This document shows positions 52,959 through 64,000 of a stretch of 64,000 nt of DNA, in pieces. This DNA comes from Octopus sinensis. Taxonomy: Eukaryota. The translations under genes and the position numbers were made by a program. The notes beneath the pieces were generated by a model, which worked only from the letters and a program-made list of their open reading frames with translations, had not been told where the DNA came from and did no database searches. The stretch is from positions 126,666,001 through 126,730,000 of the forward strand of contig NC_042997.1 in the NCBI RefSeq assembly GCF_006345805.1, written 5' to 3'. Each line of letters starts with the position of its first letter. Within the stretch, counting starts at the first letter, position 1.

Positions 52959-52960
52959 AT
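51765..52960 (+). mobile_element. 5'-truncated RTE-clade LINE: ORF end, repetitive 3' UTR and (GAT)n tail
   Basis: ORF 51890-52339: KGRLYDACVRTAMLHGSETW..RRLCWYGHMARM..GRGRPRKTW; then tandem 3' UTR subunits and catggaaagcggatgttaaa(tga)n. Confidence 0.88.
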
Positions 52961-52994
52961 ATATATATGCCGGTGGCACATAAAAAGCACCAAC

Positions 52995-53210
52995 CAATCA
53001 TGGCTGCTGCCAGCCTCCCCTGGCACCTGTGCCAGTGGCATGTAAAAAGCACCCACTACACTCACAGAGTGGTTAGTGTTAGGAAGGGCATCTAGCTGTA
53101 GAAACTCTGCCAGATCAGATTGGAGCCTGGTGCAGCCATCTTGTTCACCAGTCTTCAGTCAAATCGTCCAACCCATGCTAGCACGGAAAACGGACATTAA
53201 ACGATGATGA

Positions 53211-53248
<38 letters not shown>

Positions 53249-54425
53249 TGCAAATTCGATGACTGGCCCCATGCCAATGGAGCACGAAGAGCACCATCTG
53301 AGCGTGATTGCTGCCAGAGCAGCCGACTGGTTTCCATGCCAGTGACATGTAAAAAGCGCCATTCAAACATGATCATTAACAGCTTTGCCTTACTGACTTC
53401 CGTGCTGGTGGCATGTGAAAAACATTCAAGTGAGATCGTTGCCGGTGCCACTGGACTGGCTCCTGTGCTTGTGGCACGTAAAAAGCACCATCCGATCATG
53501 GCCGTCTGCCAGCCTCGTCTGGCACCTGTGCCGGTGGCACGTAAAAAGCACCCACTACACTCACGGAGTGGTTGGTGTTAGGAAGGGCATCCAGCTGTAG
53601 AAACACTGCCAGATCAGACTGGGCCTGGTGCAGCCTTCTGGCTTCCCAGACCCCAGTTGAACCATCCAACCCATGCCAGCATGGAAAGCAGACGTTAAAT
53701 AATGATGATGATGATGATGATATATATATATATGCCAGTGGCACATAAAAAGCACCAACCAATCGTGGCCACTGCCAGCCTCCCCTGGCACCTGTGCCGG
53801 TGGCACGTAAAAAGCACCCACTACACTCACAGAGTGGTTAGCGTTAGGAAGGGCATCTAGTTGTAGAAACTCTGCCAGATGAGATTGGAGCCTGGTGCAG
53901 CCATCTGATTCACCAGTCTTCAGTCAAATCGTCCAACCCATGCTAGCACGGAAAACGGACATTAAACGATGATGATGATATATATATATATATATCAAAT
54001 TTGCAAATTCGATGACTGGCCCCATGCCAATGGAGCACGATGAGCACCATCTGAGCATGATTGCTGCCAGAGCAGCCGACAGGTTTCTGTGCCAGTGGCA
54101 CGTAAAAAGCGCCATTCAAACATGTTCATTAACAGCTTTGCCTTACTGGCTTCCGTGCTGGTGGCATGTGAAAAACATTCAAGTGAGATCGTTGCCGGTG
54201 CCACTGGACTGGCTCCTGTGCTGGTGGCATGTAAAAAACACCACTTGAGCATGGACGTTGCCAGCACCACTTACACTCTTGGAGTGGTTGGAATTAGGAA
54301 GGGCATCTAGCTGTAGAAACTCTGCCAGATCAGATTGGAGCCTGGTGCATCAGTCTTCAGTCAAATCGTCCAACCCATGCTAGCATGGAAAGAAGACATT
54401 AAACGATGATGATGATGATGATGAG
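52995..54425 (+). repeat. Head-to-tail stack of RTE 3' UTR/tail copies including a 771-bp tandem duplication
   Basis: gcctcgtct at 52741 recurs at 53512, and the following composite of tails, (GAT)n, (TA)n and aaatttgcaaattcgatgactggcccc repeats in order. Confidence 0.8.
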
Positions 54426-54815
54426 GATATATGATATTATAATTCTTTCTTACAAAATATATAGAACTGTTTAAGAAGTGCTTTGGTTGAACCTGAAACA
54501 AAGGATAAGAATTAAAATAAATGCTCAAATTAGGCAATCAACTTCTTTTATTGAAATAAAAAATTTTATTATATAAAATAAAAAGTTGATTGCTTAATTT
54601 GAGCTTTTATTTTAATTCTTATATATATATATGTATATATGTATGTATATCATCACAACCACTCTCATCAGCAAATCACTTTACCACTAGTATTCTTTTC
54701 CTCATTATCATTTGTTTTACCTTCCTTTCGATCATCATCATCATCATTGTTGTTGTCGTTGTCGTCATCATCATTATTGTCTTTACATTCATTTCTCCCT
54801 ATTGATTCATTTCAG

Positions 54816-54903
54816 AAAACACCAGAAGAAGACTATGGACAGGTGGCTCTTAAAGCTGGTTACATATCGGAAACACATGGCTATGTCACTATATATGTGA
54901 AAG
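54816..54903 (+). CDS. BAIAP3: Exon of BAIAP3-like gene (linker and first strands of C2B)
   Basis: catttcAG acceptor, GTCAGT donor at 54904; 88 nt, phase 0-1, KTPEEDYGQVALKAGYISETHGYVTIYVK+g; the trailing g plus ta of the next exon gives Val, restoring frame. Confidence 0.75.
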
Positions 54904-57029
54904 GTCAGTATTAATACTGTTGTTGTTGCCGTACGATATTGATACTGTGAACCTTTACTGTTTAACGTGAGCTAATTTGAACTGATTAAAATTTTTAGGT
55001 CTTTCTACTATTTAGATCAGTACTCCTAAATATGAGCTGTACTTCCCCTTTCTGGGGGCAGTGGAAAATTTTATATGGGTACTGAGGACAAACGAAGTGA
55101 TAGGGTGGGTGATAATTGCATCTGTATAATTTTTGCTGTCTTTGTTTATCAAAATATTGACAGTTAATAATTTTAATGCAATATTAAGATAGACTACTTG
55201 TTAACTCAAAAAATATTTAAAAAAATACAGTTATCAGCAATAATAATAGACTTTGAAATGCAAATAAGTAAATAAACAAAAGCAAATACATACCACTTAA
55301 GCACCTAAATTATGGACAATAAACTAAAGTATAATTTAAAAGAGAGTGTCAGAATTTGTGTCTCCATACATGTAATAAAGACAGCCACTGCACCTGTACC
55401 ATTAGCAGTATGTATATACAAATGTATGTATACCGATGCTGTTAATTCTAGCTTTGTGTGTCATCTTTGATTGCATAGTTTGTCCATATGTATAAACAGA
55501 TATGTGTAAACTTGCAAATGGACAGAGAAATCAGTATGTGAGTATGTGAATGTATAAAAATTACAGCTACACATCAAAATACAAAAATGAATTTTAACTG
55601 GTAGCTATGGGGGTATAGCTGAAGCACAAAAAATATGTAAATGTGTTTAGCTGAAGCCATGTGCTGAAGTCTTGAGTCAATAACTAAGATTAAGCATTGA
55701 TGTGTCAAATATTTGCTTATGGTAGGGTGATGCTGTGGTAAGTAGTCACCCATGTCAAACTAATACCCAGAACTAAATCAACTGATATTACATGTATGTA
55801 CATTAAAAATGGGGTGAGACGGGTACGGGGTGGGGGGGTGTTTAAATTTTAGTAGTGGGAACATCGAAAAGTATTGCTAAAAGAAAAGAGGTGATAGTTT
55901 AAAAGATTTTGAGAAACACTGATTATGACCAACAGCAGTTTGGTCTTGCCCTTTACTCAAAAACCCCCACATGGTCGCTCAGCTTGCTAGAAATAGAAGC
56001 CAAATTTTCTGCAGATTTCATGCTTCCATCTTAAAAAGGATGACATAGTTATGGAAGGTATCCTTTTATCATAGCTCTACGCAGTCATGGAAGCAAAACC
56101 TAGAATAGTCATGGGTAGTGAAGGTGTGTGGCTTAGTGGTTAGGGCATTTGGCTCATGAGCATAAGGTTGTGTGTTCAATTCCCAGCAACACATGTTCTT
56201 GAGCAAGACATTTTATTTCATGTTGCTCCTGTCCACTCGGCTGGCAAAATGAGTAGTGCCTGTATTTCAAAGAGCCAGCCTTGTCAGACTGTGTGTCACA
56301 CTGAATCTCCCTGAGAACAACTTTAAGGGTACACGTGTCTGTGGAGTGCTCAGCCACTTGCACGTTAAGTTTATGAGCAAGCTGTTCCGTTGATTGTATC
56401 AGCTGGGACTCTCGTTGTCATAACTGATGGAGTGCTCCTACACAGTCATGGGTGATTGGGGACCTGAAGCAAAACAACACCAACAACCAGTGGGTTTACT
56501 TTTACAATATCTCAGGGTTTCATAACTTATGTCATAATACTGCTGTATTACTACTACTGCTTGTGTTATATGTAACTGTTACTACAACTCTCTCTGTAAC
56601 AACGTAGGAATAAGTGATCTCTGAAGAAGCTTTAACAACAACTGAAACAAGTCAGGAGGATTTCTTATTCTGTTTCCTCTAAACACACAAATACGCACTC
56701 ACACACACACACATGCATGCACATATGCTAGCACACATATGCACACACACACACACAAAATGACTGTGGTTTCACTATTAAGTCTCTATTTTCACAAGGA
56801 AGATAAATTTGTGATTACAACTCATCATTATAAATTGCTTCTTTCAATTAAATAATCAATTAATCTAGATTACCAACTGTTGCACTCATATGCAAATTAG
56901 ACAAACCAATTTAATTCTGTCTAAGTGTGCATATATCATAAATAGCCATAAGCCACTACTGTGTCTGTGTCTGAGAATGAGTAATGAATTTCTGTTGAAT
57001 CCTTAAAGTGCTGAAACCAGTCAGTTCAA

Positions 57030-57450
57030 TATCATCATCGTTGTTTAACGTCCGCTTTCCATGCTAGCATGGGTTGGACGATTTGACTGAGGACTGGCGA
57101 ACCAGATGGCTGCACTAGGCTCCAATCTGATCTGGCAGAATTTCTACAGCTGGATGCCCTTCCTAATGCCAATCACTCCAAGAGTGTAGTGGGTGCTTTT
57201 ACGTGCCTCCGGCACGTAGGCCAGTCTGGCAGTACTGGCAACAGCCACGTTCAAATGGTGCTTTTTATGTGCCACCTACACAGGAGCCAGTCCAGCGACA
57301 CTGGTAACAACCTCACTTGAATCTTTTTCATGTGCCACCAGTACAAGTGCTAGTAAGGCGACGCAGGTAACAATCATGCTCGAATGGCAACGATCTCACT
57401 CGTATGGTACTCTTAGTGCTCCACTAGCATGGATGCCAGTCGTTGAATTT
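57030..57450 (-). mobile_element. RTE 3' UTR/tail copy; further copies at about 1480-1930, 18750-18900, 21800-22150, 36300-36480, 37190-37500, 40780-40930, 50305-50625
   Basis: All share tttaacgtccgctttccatgctagcatgggttggacg..ctacagctggatgcccttcctaa next to (ATC)n/(GAT)n. Confidence 0.75.
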
Positions 57451-57697
57451 GATTTTGCTTTCGATTTCAATACCCATTTTTTTTTTTACTGCAGAGAGAA
57501 CAACCTGTGGTTATTTGCTTTTTCACAGTACGGATAAACCTGTTTATTGCACCCAAATCACAGCTAAAAGAAAAAAAAAAACATATTTTAAAGTTACCTT
57601 ATATTTTTTTGTCATTCTGCCACTATGTTATGCTTCTGCTAATATATATGTATGTACATCTATCTATCTATACAGTTATATTCATACAACAGGCCTG

Positions 57698-57731
<34 letters not shown>

Positions 57732-57872
57732 TGTATGTGTGTGAGAGAGATTTATTGACATACTGTGGCAGTATATATTTTACATACGATGTTGCTTTAC
57801 TGTATTCATGAACAGACATAAATATTTATGTATCTATTTCTCTCTCTCTTTCTTTCTCTCTTCCATTATAAG

Positions 57873-57908
<36 letters not shown>

Positions 57909-59295
57909 TGTGTGTGTGTGTGTGTGCATATGTGTGCGCATGTGTGTATGTGTGTGATATTTCCTACTGAAACTATTTCAGTCATCACCTCCAGTGATTG
58001 TTCCTTAGATATTTTGCGTGTCTCCAATTTGAAATCGAAAAAACAGAAAAATAAGTATAAATAATATTAATATTTTCAGTTCTGGAAAATAAAATTGGAT
58101 TCCTTTGTTAGTTATTTGTAAAAAAAAAACCAAAAACAAAACAAAACAAAACAAAACAAAACAAAATAATCAAAAACTTTAGAGATGAAACCTTTAGAAA
58201 TGGATTGTTTAATTTGAAAACCAAAGTCAATTTCCTTACCTTAACACTTCCCACCTGTTTGGTTTTTGCTTATATTACTACATAAAATCTGACTTTGAAA
58301 ATAATATACATTTGCTCCCTTTGACAATTTTTCAATGAAAACTGCAAATAATCTTACCATTTTTTGTACACTATTAGTTCAAAAAGAGTATTTCTGTGAA
58401 GAGATGGTTTTTTCAATGTTTTCGTCTAGACAAAAGGATCGTATGCATGATCTTGAGAGGTCCTTCAAGACAGGTGGAATTAATGTTTTAATGTTTTTCT
58501 TGTGAAGCTGCAAGTTGATGAGGGTAGGGGCAAAAGATGAGCTGGGAGAGAATTTCAGAGGGCCAATGTTCTAAAGTTGGAGGGAAGGAATAGAGAAAGT
58601 GGTTAGTGTGAGTGATAGACGGTGGGTGGGTGGGGGGATGGTGGTGAATGTAAGAGTGATGAGAGATGGAGGTGGAGAGAGTTCAGCCTGCCTGAGTGGA
58701 GGTGGAGAGGAAAAAAAAATACAGAGAAATGAGTTCAACATGAGTGAGTGGAGGTGGTATGAGACCAACCAGTTCAGCTTCTCAGAAGCTACTGTATTTG
58801 CTGTAGAAATGGTAGAATGGGGGAACGGAGGCTGGAAGGAGATGGTGAGTGATTTCTTACTGGCCAATTGGGTGGCCTTTTGATGGTGATGGCAGTGGTG
58901 ATGGTGGTGGTGGGGATGTGGCTGAGAATGCATGTTTGCATGTAATCCTTAGTGTGCATGTGTGTGTGTATTGGTGTGTGGGTGTGTGTGAGTGCATGCA
59001 TTTGTGTGTCTGTGAGTGTATGAGTTTGTGTGTGCATGTGTTTGTGTGTGTGTGTGAGCAATGAAGGTGCATGGCTTGATGGTTAAGAGTATTCAGCTCA
59101 TAATTATAAGGTCGTGAGTTCAATATCTGGTGTTGCATTTTGTCCTTGAGCAAGACACTTTATTTCACATTGCTCCAGTCCACTTAGTTGGCAATAATGA
59201 ATTGTATCTGTAATTCAAAGGGCCAGCCTTGTCACATTCTATGTCACACCGAATCTCCCTGAGAACTATGTTAAGGGTATGTGTGTCTGTGGAAT

Positions 59296-59523
59296 GGTGA
59301 GCTGGTAGAAATATTAGCACACTGGGTGAAATACTTAGCGGTATTTCGTCTGCCGCTATGTTCTGAGTTCAAATTCCGCCAAGGTCGACTTTGCCTTTCA
59401 TCCTTTTGGGGTTGATAAATTAAGTACCAGTTACGCACTGGGGTCGATGTAATCGACTTAATCCGTGTGTCTGTCCTTGTTTGTCTTCTTTGTATTTAGC
59501 CCCTTGTGGGTAGTAAAGAAATA
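59296..59523 (+). mobile_element. SINE family B (about 230 bp) with 20-bp TSD; other copies at 945-1150, 2118-2545 (dimer), 15535-15928 (dimer), 20070-20304, 22730-22935, 34415-34625, 40090-40320(-), 51005-51236
   Basis: Head gctggcagaaacgttagc..gagttcaaattc, core gcctttcatcctttcggggtcgataaattaagtaccag, tail gtttagccccttgtgggcaataaagaaata; ggtatgtgtgtctgtggaat repeated at 59276-59295 and 59524-59543. Confidence 0.88.
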
Positions 59524-59977
59524 GGTATGTGTGTCTGTGGAATACTCAGCCACTTGCATGTTAATTTCATGAGCAAGTTGTTCTGTTGACATGGATCAGC
59601 TGAAACATTAAGTGTCATAACCGAGTGCCAGTTAGAGAGAGTGTGTGTGTGTGTGTGTGTGCGCGCATGTGTGGGTAAGTGTATGTGTGGAAGATAGTGA
59701 GTTTGCTGTTGTAATTAAAGAGGCCTTGTTTCACAGATTAAAATCTGGAAACAGGGGAAGATGTAAATGGCTGCATTAGCTATAACAAGGTCCATGAAAA
59801 CTCAACAGGGAATTCACTAAGTTCAGTGGCTGTGAAGAGAGAAGCATCTAATGTTTCAAATATTGACCTTCATCTTGTAAACAAAACCACCAATGATCAT
59901 GTTAATAATCGAATGAATATTCACCATTCCATATTTAATAATTGTCTTGCTATTTCCTGTTCTGTTTCTGTTAACAG

Positions 59978-60140
59978 TAATCAATGCTAAGGATCTTCCG
60001 GGCTTGGATACAACAGGATTCAGTGATCCATATGTTGTTATCACTCTACAGCCTCGAATGTTATTCCAAAATCTCAGATCACAGAAGACGAAGATTATTA
60101 CCAGAACTTTGAACCCTGTTTTCAACTCCTCTTTTCAATT
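59978..60140 (+). CDS. BAIAP3: Exon of BAIAP3-like gene (C2B domain)
   Basis: ttaacAG acceptor, GTAAGT donor at 60141; phase 1-2. (V)INAKDLPGLDTTGFSDPYVVITLQPRMLFQNLRSQKTKIITRTLNPVFNSSFQ has the C2 signature DxxGxSDPY with two loop-1 Asp residues, plus the LxPxxxF...RSQxT..TRTLxP pattern of BAIAP3/Munc13-4 C2B. Confidence 0.88.
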
Positions 60141-60724
60141 GTAAGTGAAATTTTATTCCTGTCAGATACCTGTTTATATATGTTCTTTGATCCTACATTA
60201 TTCCCTTAGGGAATAACATGGAATCGAAGACAAACTTAGTGGTGCAAAAATAAAGGGTTACATATTACTGTGAAACATAGTCACGTATCACACAATGTTG
60301 CGATTATTGTGACAAAAGTGTCAATTAAGAGACATTCCATTTCTATTTGGTCATTAGTTGCAGGATATCAATTTTCTTTCACCTGTCATTTGATTCTGCA
60401 AACAAGATCAGTTTACCTATAGAGATGTAATTTTTTTTGTTCAATACTATATGTATGTATGTGTGTGTGTATGAATGTATGTATATATGTTTGTATGTAT
60501 AAATGTATGTATATGTGCATGTATGTATGTATGTATATGTGCATGTATGTATGTATGTATGTATATGTGTGTGTGTGTGCGTGTGTGTTTATGTATGTAT
60601 GCATGTATTTATATATTTACATATTTATGCATACATACATTATATACATGCACACATACATACATACGTATATATATATTTAGAGGAATATATACATATA
60701 TATATATATAAACAAGCTAACACC

Positions 60725-60755
<31 letters not shown>

Positions 60756-60820
60756 ATATATATGTATGTATGCATGTATGTATGTATGTATGCATGTATG
60801 TATGTATGTATGTATGTATG

Positions 60821-60877
<57 letters not shown>

Positions 60878-61854
60878 GCATATCTGTATGCATAAATACA
60901 TTATATTATTATTTATAATACATTATGTCATTATTGTTTATGTGTTCTTTGAAACATTGTACTGTTTATTTTGGAAGAATATTTGAAAGAGCAGACATGC
61001 TAAGTACCAAATAAACATTATTTTTCTCTTTTAGCATATTGGAGAAAAAAATAAAGATATGAAAAATTTACAAGACCAAGATTACATCTTCAATTCTAGT
61101 TACATCTACCTATTCTTTGAAAAGGTTGGGGTGGGGAATCTCAGTTATATAATTTCTGTTTTTCAGAGGAAATATTTATACATTTCAAGCAGAATGATTC
61201 TAAACACATAATCTACCTAATGTCACTCATATTAAACGCGTGTTAAATTCCACCTAATACTCACACTAAACACATACTGTGCAAAATGGCAGAGCAGCCA
61301 TATTAAGCACATATGTTAGTATGTGCCAGATACTGGCATGCATTCCAGTATCAGTGTCATATTTTTGCTGATTAACATCTACTTACACACAGGGTTTACT
61401 ACTTGCTAGTTGCTTCAATCAAGTGCCTCAGTTATAGGTCATGTTGTAAATAAAGATCCTTTGGCTTAGGCATATATGAAATAAAATAGGGCTTGGCCCC
61501 TAGACATATGTCATACCAGCTCAGAGATGTGTAGATATGATCTAATGTCATATGAGTCAGTCCCTCTGTTTAAGGATTAAATAACCCCATACCTCAGAGA
61601 TAAGCTTGGGAGAGTAAACTACAAGTATAGTAGCAGGTAGAATTCTTAGCATGTCGGACTAAATGCTTAGCAGCATTTCTTCTTTGTTCTGGGTTCAAAT
61701 CTCATAGAAGTTAATTTTTTCTTTCACCCCTTCAGGGTCAAAAATTATAAAGGACCACTCAAATACAAGGACTGATGCAACTGACTTCACTCTTTCCCTT
61801 AAAATTGCTGGCCTTGAATTCTGCAAAGAACAGGCATCCATGTTCTTGATCATT

Positions 61855-62478
61855 TATGAGGGGGTGCTCTTTTACTCTTTTACTTGTTTCAGTCATTTGA
61901 CTGTGGCCATGCTGGAGCACCACCTTTAGTCAAGCAAATCGACCCCAGGACTTATTTTTTGTAAGCCTAGTACTTATTCTATCGTTCTCTTTTGCCGAAT
62001 TGCTAAGTTACAGGGACATAAACACACCAGCATCGATTGTCAAGCAATGAGGGGGGGGACAAACACAGACACACAAACATACACACACACACACACACAT
62101 ATGGCAGGCTTCTTCCAGTTTCCATCTACCAAATCCACTCACAAGGCTTTGGTCAGCCCGAGGCTATAGTAGAAGACACTTGCCAAAGGTGCTACGCAGT
62201 GGGACTGAACCCAGAATCATGTGGTTTGTAAGCAAGCTACTTACCACACACCCACTCCTATGCCTAGTGCTGAAAAGTTCCTGGCTTTGGGTAAAAGAAA
62301 ATACAGAACGATCAGTTAATTATGATTTTATTCAACGTATTCCTCTCCTAGATTCAAACACTTACTGCAGTGGTCCTTCAGATTTATCAAGCCTTGTAAA
62401 AGAAATCGGAAGGTTGAGCCTCCAACCAGGCCTTTTGCAACATCCTTAAGGCGAGGAATTTTTCAGCACCCCATTGTA
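61855..62478. mobile_element. Mariner-derived MITE split by a SINE insertion
   Basis: 5' TIR tatgagggggtgct|gaaaagttcc is split by the SINE (gtgct repeated at 61864-61868 and 62267-62271); 3' TIR ggaatttttcagcaccccattgta. Confidence 0.65.
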
Positions 62479-63186
62479 CACGTCATGAAAACCAGGTACC
62501 TAGTATTACAAGTCCTAGGGTTCAAGAAAAAAAATGAAAGCAAAAATTGCTAACAGAAGGTATTGAGAAACCATGGCTGAATCTTTCCCCACAAAATCAT
62601 GAATCTCCAGACATTAAGTATGGAAATCCATAGTTACCAACACTTGTAAATAATCTATAAAAGAAAGAGAGAGAGAGAGGTAGAGAGGGAAAGAAAGGGT
62701 GAGAGAGAGCAAGAGGAGAGAGATAGAGAGTGATCCGTAAGAAACATTACTGTACAATTAGACATTCATTCTAATTACTGGATGGTAATTAACCATGTTA
62801 TATTAGAAAGAGTACTGAGTGCAATTTAAATTATTCAGCTGATATCCGTTATTTTTTAAATCTGACTAAAAGACCTGTTGAATAATAGCTTACAGCTGGT
62901 ACATAATTCTGTGTATCTTACACACGATGAACATGCACACATGTGCATGCATGTATGCACATATGCTTGCACAGTTGTTCACACACTTTTACATACACAC
63001 ACATGAAACAGATATGATAAATTGGTATGTCTGTGTATGTAAAGTCTCACAAGAAAAAAAGTGAGAAAAGATTAGCTAAAATTATGATAGAGTGAAACTA
63101 TGCAAACTAAATAACAGGCTAAGATGAGGGAAAACTACATCCATTTGTCCATACATACATTAATATATACTCACAAGTACACACAC

Positions 63187-63263
<77 letters not shown>

Positions 63264-63434
63264 ATATGTATATGTATATAAATAAGGATAAGATCATTAT
63301 TTAAATATCAAACTTATCAGGTGGCCAGCATGGGAATAAAAACCTTCAAAGGTCATAATTATTATTAAAATTATAATTTAGGGTATCTAAGAGATACCAT
63401 TATTGTGGTGGTAACTCTTAGATACTTTAAATTA

Positions 63435-63629
<195 letters not shown>

Positions 63630-63632
<3 letters not shown>

Positions 63633-64000
63633 AGTAGCTGCTTTCTGTATTTGAGCAAAGCTGTTGCTTGAAAGAAGCATTGAAATGAGTCATTGATGAT
63701 GCAATGTGAGGTCCTTGTATAACCTTTGAACCTGGCCAAAGATCTGCACATTCTGTTGCATAATGTGCAGGTGTGCTGGCTGGCAGAGGGAACAGTTGCC
63801 ATAGTATGAAGTCTTTCGACATGCCTTTTCAATCCTCCAAGTGAAAGGCATACCTTTCCACAGGTTGCACATGTTCTGTTGCAAACAATAGCTGTATCAC
63901 AATTTACAAGGGGTTCATTCCTGTGAATTTTCTGATGGCTGACCAGGCCTGCATGACTCCAGCATGAAAAGGGATTGGGGGACCCTGTCAAAGGCTTTCT
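63630..64000 (-). mobile_element. Second triple-C2H2 fragment of the same type (truncated by window edge)
   Basis: SHAGLVSHQKIH; CATCGKVCLSLGGLKRHVERLH; CTLCNRMCRSLARFKGYTRTSH; abuts a (TA)n array. Confidence 0.55.

Noticed and set aside
54660-54735. CTGATGA and GAAA on the minus strand just upstream of the 54816 exon
   Set aside because: No stem III or stem I pairing; consistent with chance.
61025-61200. Candidate next C2B exons after AG at about 61033 and 61166
   Set aside because: Both hit stops within about 10 codons in the required phase and lack C2 similarity; the next exon is probably outside the window.

Overview
AT-rich, microsatellite-dense animal genomic DNA. The SINE/LINE repertoire suggests an octopod cephalopod (inference from recalled repeat families, not a database hit). 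The window is mostly intron of one + strand gene, a Munc13-4/BAIAP3-family protein, with five exons that splice in frame: 2672-2812, 14220-14252, 19791-19946, 54816-54903 and 59978-60140 (end of the MUN domain and start of the C2B domain). The introns hold tRNA-derived SINEs of three families, RTE-clade LINE fragments with (GAT)n tails, R4/Dong-like LINE ends embedded in (TAA)n arrays, mariner/Tc1/piggyBac-like MITEs, and a decayed full-length Penelope-like element (PLE; RT + GIY-YIG, about 26600-31640). Most notable: (1) a 2.3 kb element nested in the PLE with 131-bp terminal direct repeats, a single decayed gag/ORF1-like frame (RRM-like motif + CCHC knuckle), no RT, and a canonical-core type I hammerhead ribozyme in its 3' UTR; (2) further minimal type I hammerheads in the 35-kb intron, several with a U3-A8 core in place of C3-G8, two sets arranged as inverted pairs inside long palindromes. 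All alignments and folds were done by eye; repeat boundaries are approximate unless stated as exact.
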